NCBI GenBank assembly: GCA_049423385.1
Contig: JBMSQQ010000070.1
Location: 1-17,692, forward strand
Direction: 5' to 3'
Source: Silvanigrellaceae bacterium
Lineage (GTDB): Bacteria > Bdellovibrionota_B > Oligoflexia > Silvanigrellales > Silvanigrellaceae
Length of the DNA stretch: 17,692 nt
Within the stretch, counting starts at the first letter, position 1; every line of letters starts with the position of its first letter. Of this stretch, positions 15,403 through 17,692 are shown one piece after another. The notes beneath the pieces were generated by a model that saw nothing but the letters and a program-made list of their open reading frames with translations, ran no database searches and had not been told where the DNA came from. Made by a program: the position numbers and the translations under genes.

Positions 15403-17229
15403 TCAATCCAACCAATGCTGTTCAGGTTGTTCATTGGTTGGATTGCCTTTGACCTCGACAAACGGTGGCTGTTCGGGAAGTCCGATTTTGTTTCGAACTG
15501 CGATCCAAAGCTCGGTGCCGCTGTCGTGTGATTCCCGGCTCTTGAAAATTTCTCCCAGGATGGGAATGTGCCCCAGAATTGGAACTTTGGAGACTGATTT
15601 TGCTTTTGTGCTTTGATTGATCCGCGTTAAAAAAATGTGTTCATTTGCACGTGTGGAAATTTCTGTACTGAGAACACTTTGCTCGAGATTTGAGACCGCG
15701 TTTGCATTTACTTCTGTGTTTGGACTTGAGATTCGGATTTCAATTTTCTCATTTATAATGTCTCGTCCGATGATGTTCGGTTGGACGCTTACGGTGAGTC
15801 CGTAATTTTGAGAGAAGAATTTTTGATGCTCTCCCTGGGTCTGGAATAGCCACTCGCCACCGGTTTGTACCTCGCCCTTTCCGCCGTTTGAAACCACAAT
15901 GGTGGGTTGGGCCAATTGCTTCAGAACGCCTTTGTGAGCGAGCGCTTCAAAGACAAGGTCGGGGAATCTGATGCCCATTCTTGGGCCGAGTTTGAACGTT
16001 CTCATGAAGTCGGAGAACCCCGCATGCGCGAGCTCAGACCCCTGGTTCGAGTTTTTTGATACGGGAGAGATTCCAATTTTGTCGAGTTGACTGGTGTTGA
16101 TTCTAAAAAAAGTGAATTGTGCCTCGATGAGAGTTGCATCTGATTTGTCGATTTGTATATTTTCGACAAGTCGACTGAGAACGGAGCGCAACTGTAGTTT
16201 TGTAAGGTTCAGTGTCTCTTCGTTTGCAACGCTGCCCGAAATGCTGAGTCCCCCGGGAATAATCTCTAGCTCGAGGCCTTTTCTCCGAGATTTATGGAAG
16301 AGTGTTTCAAAGAACTTTCTCTGAATTTTAGAAGCGTCCTCGGATTGATTGTATCTGGGCAGGCATTCGTCCCGGCCCAGACAGGCATCGACAAGTGCCT
16401 TGAATTGTGCGTCGTTGTTCAGAAGCCCGAAGATAACTATCCTTCCGTTGTCGATTACAGTCTCGAAACCTCCCCTTTTTTGCAGTTCTCTTGCGAGTCG
16501 AACCAACGAGCCGCTGCTGAGTGATGCCGGGGCTTCATGAAAGGCATCTTGCAACCCTACTTGAAAAATCCAGTCGCGGGTGGAGCCATCGTGAAATCTC
16601 GCCGAAAGTTTCGAGATTCCGCTGCGCAGACCGGTCACGAGAATTTTGCTGGTGTCACCGATGCGTTGGACGTCGATAATATCGGGTTGAGAGATGTCGA
16701 GACTTCGGGGTGATTGGTCCAATTGCACCTCCTTGTTTTCACCCACAGGCAATTTGATTGGACCTTTTGCAGCAATCGCGACCGAAGAGATCAAGAACGT
16801 CAACAGCAGGGACAACAGGACGATTGCATATTTCACTTTTGAGTTCGAAAATCGAACTCCCTTTTTTGTTAATGGGAGTGTGATAACCAAATCACTCGAA
16901 TAGCTTGAATCATCAGACGCCAAAGTGATTTCTGGTTTTTGAACGAATTCGGCAATCCATTCGCTGCATCCGGACGAAATAAAAATCGAGTTTTCTGGAC
17001 AGGAAATGGGTTGCGAAACGGGATTGAAATTTTTGTTCAGCTTCAACATCCAAAGGTTGGATTTGAGTCCGAACGTATGCAGAATGCAAGGAGTTTTATA
17101 AATAATAGCGCAGTTTTGGCCAATAAATGAGAATCCGAAAACACCCTTTTTCTTTTCACTAAAGGTTGTTGGCCTTTTCAGTTCGTAGACCGCATCGTTC
17201 TGATTGAATTTCTTGAAGTACGTTTTCAT
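15403..17229 (-). CDS. Flp/Tad pilus secretin (RcpA/CpaC-like) with long N-terminal extension
   Basis: Pilus-formation N domain IKLPVGENKEV..LDISQPDIIDVQRI..KILVTGLRSGISKL, BON-like segments (IVIFG; LSISGSVANEE..ENI), and a secretin domain LAQPTIVVSNGGKGEVQTGGE..YGLTVSVQPNI..SKVPILGHIPILGEIFKSRE..TELWI. GAGGT SD 8 nt before ATG 17229. Confidence 0.88.
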   Translation of the reverse strand: MKTYFKKFNQNDAVYELKRPTTFSEKKKGVFGFSFIGQNCAIIYKTPCILHTFGLKSNLWMLKLNKNFNPVSQPISCPENSIFISSGCSEWIAEFVQKPEITLASDDSSYSSDLVITLPLTKKGVRFSNSKVKYAIVLLSLLLTFLISSVAIAAKGPIKLPVGENKEVQLDQSPRSLDISQPDIIDVQRIGDTSKILVTGLRSGISKLSARFHDGSTRDWIFQVGLQDAFHEAPASLSSGSLVRLARELQKRGGFETVIDNGRIVIFGLLNNDAQFKALVDACLGRDECLPRYNQSEDASKIQRKFFETLFHKSRRKGLELEIIPGGLSISGSVANEETLNLTKLQLRSVLSRLVENIQIDKSDATLIEAQFTFFRINTSQLDKIGISPVSKNSNQGSELAHAGFSDFMRTFKLGPRMGIRFPDLVFEALAHKGVLKQLAQPTIVVSNGGKGEVQTGGEWLFQTQGEHQKFFSQNYGLTVSVQPNIIGRDIINEKIEIRISSPNTEVNANAVSNLEQSVLSTEISTRANEHIFLTRINQSTKAKSVSKVPILGHIPILGEIFKSRESHDSGTELWIAVRNKIGLPEQPPFVEVKGNPTNEQPEQHWLD

Positions 17230-17394
17230 GCTGAAAAACCTCGCTCAAGCGCTATCCCATTGATTAGTAATCTTGAATAAACCCTTTCTTTGGCTGTTTT
17301 TTTTCATGCCTGATCGATTTTTGTCGTGGTCAACGCAGTTTGATTGCGCTCGACTAATTGCTTTGACAGACCTTGGTCAAATTGGAGGTGTCAA

Positions 17395-17685
17395 ATGAAG
17401 ATGAATGAAAGAGGCCAGGGATTGACGGAATACGCAGTGCTTTTGAGTGTTGTTGCAGTGGCATCGATAGCCGTGACGGCGCTTTTTGGTGCTGCCCTGA
17501 AGTCCAAGATAGCCTCGCTGGGGGCTGCAATCGCAGGCAAGACTGCAGCCGAGGTGAGTTCGTTCGAAAAGCAGGCGCAGCAAAAATCCGAGGAAGCCCG
17601 AAAGGCGGCTGAATTTGTCGATGGCATGGAAATTGGCGAACGTGAGTTGGCGCCTTCAAGGAGCAATTCTGGTGCGTCACGTTAA
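17395..17685 (+). CDS. flp: Flp family type IVb/IVc major pilin (long variant, 96 aa)
   Basis: GGAGG SD (17384-17388) before ATG 17395. MKMNERG|QGLTEYAVLLSVVAVASIAVTALFG has the Flp motif G|xxxxEY plus a hydrophobic helix. It is divergent from the secretin/pseudopilin operon. Confidence 0.88.
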   Translation: MKMNERGQGLTEYAVLLSVVAVASIAVTALFGAALKSKIASLGAAIAGKTAAEVSSFEKQAQQKSEEARKAAEFVDGMEIGERELAPSRSNSGASR

Positions 17686-17692
17686 TGCCGGG

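Noticed and set aside
17230..17394. c-di-GMP riboswitch or sigma54 promoter upstream of flp
   Set aside because: I could not find the GEMM-type conserved motifs or a correctly spaced GG-N10-GC element by eye.

Overview
Bacterial chromosomal window of mostly core and surface-structure genes. A Bdellovibrionota/Oligoflexia-like origin is my inference from the 668..1645 protein and the long Flp pilin; it has not been tested. In order: (1) the 3' end of dnaK with a strong terminator; (2) a lone HTH protein with a degenerate ImmA/IrrE-like domain; (3) an acidic-tailed pentapeptide-repeat protein; (4) a minus-strand rpoZ - 617-aa exported protein - metG - Cys-rich lipoprotein operon; (5) a plus-strand peptide/nickel ABC importer (binding protein and two permeases, no ATPase) followed by a DUF6165-like gene; (6) a probable outer-membrane beta-barrel gene; (7) tRNA-Phe(GAA) and tRNA-Thr(CGT); (8) a divergent Tad/Flp (type IVc pilus) module: an RcpA/CpaC-like secretin, an unknown bitopic protein and three TadE/TadG-like pseudopilins, with a long Flp pilin transcribed the other way. 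I saw no CRISPR array, IS element, integrase or rRNA. The best candidate for something undescribed is the atypical Tad module. Its secretin has about 131 extra residues ahead of the signal peptide and a hairpin-flanked internal GTG, the motor and platform genes are missing from the operon, and the last pseudopilin ORF reads into tRNA-Phe. All family calls come from motif recognition by eye, without database searches.
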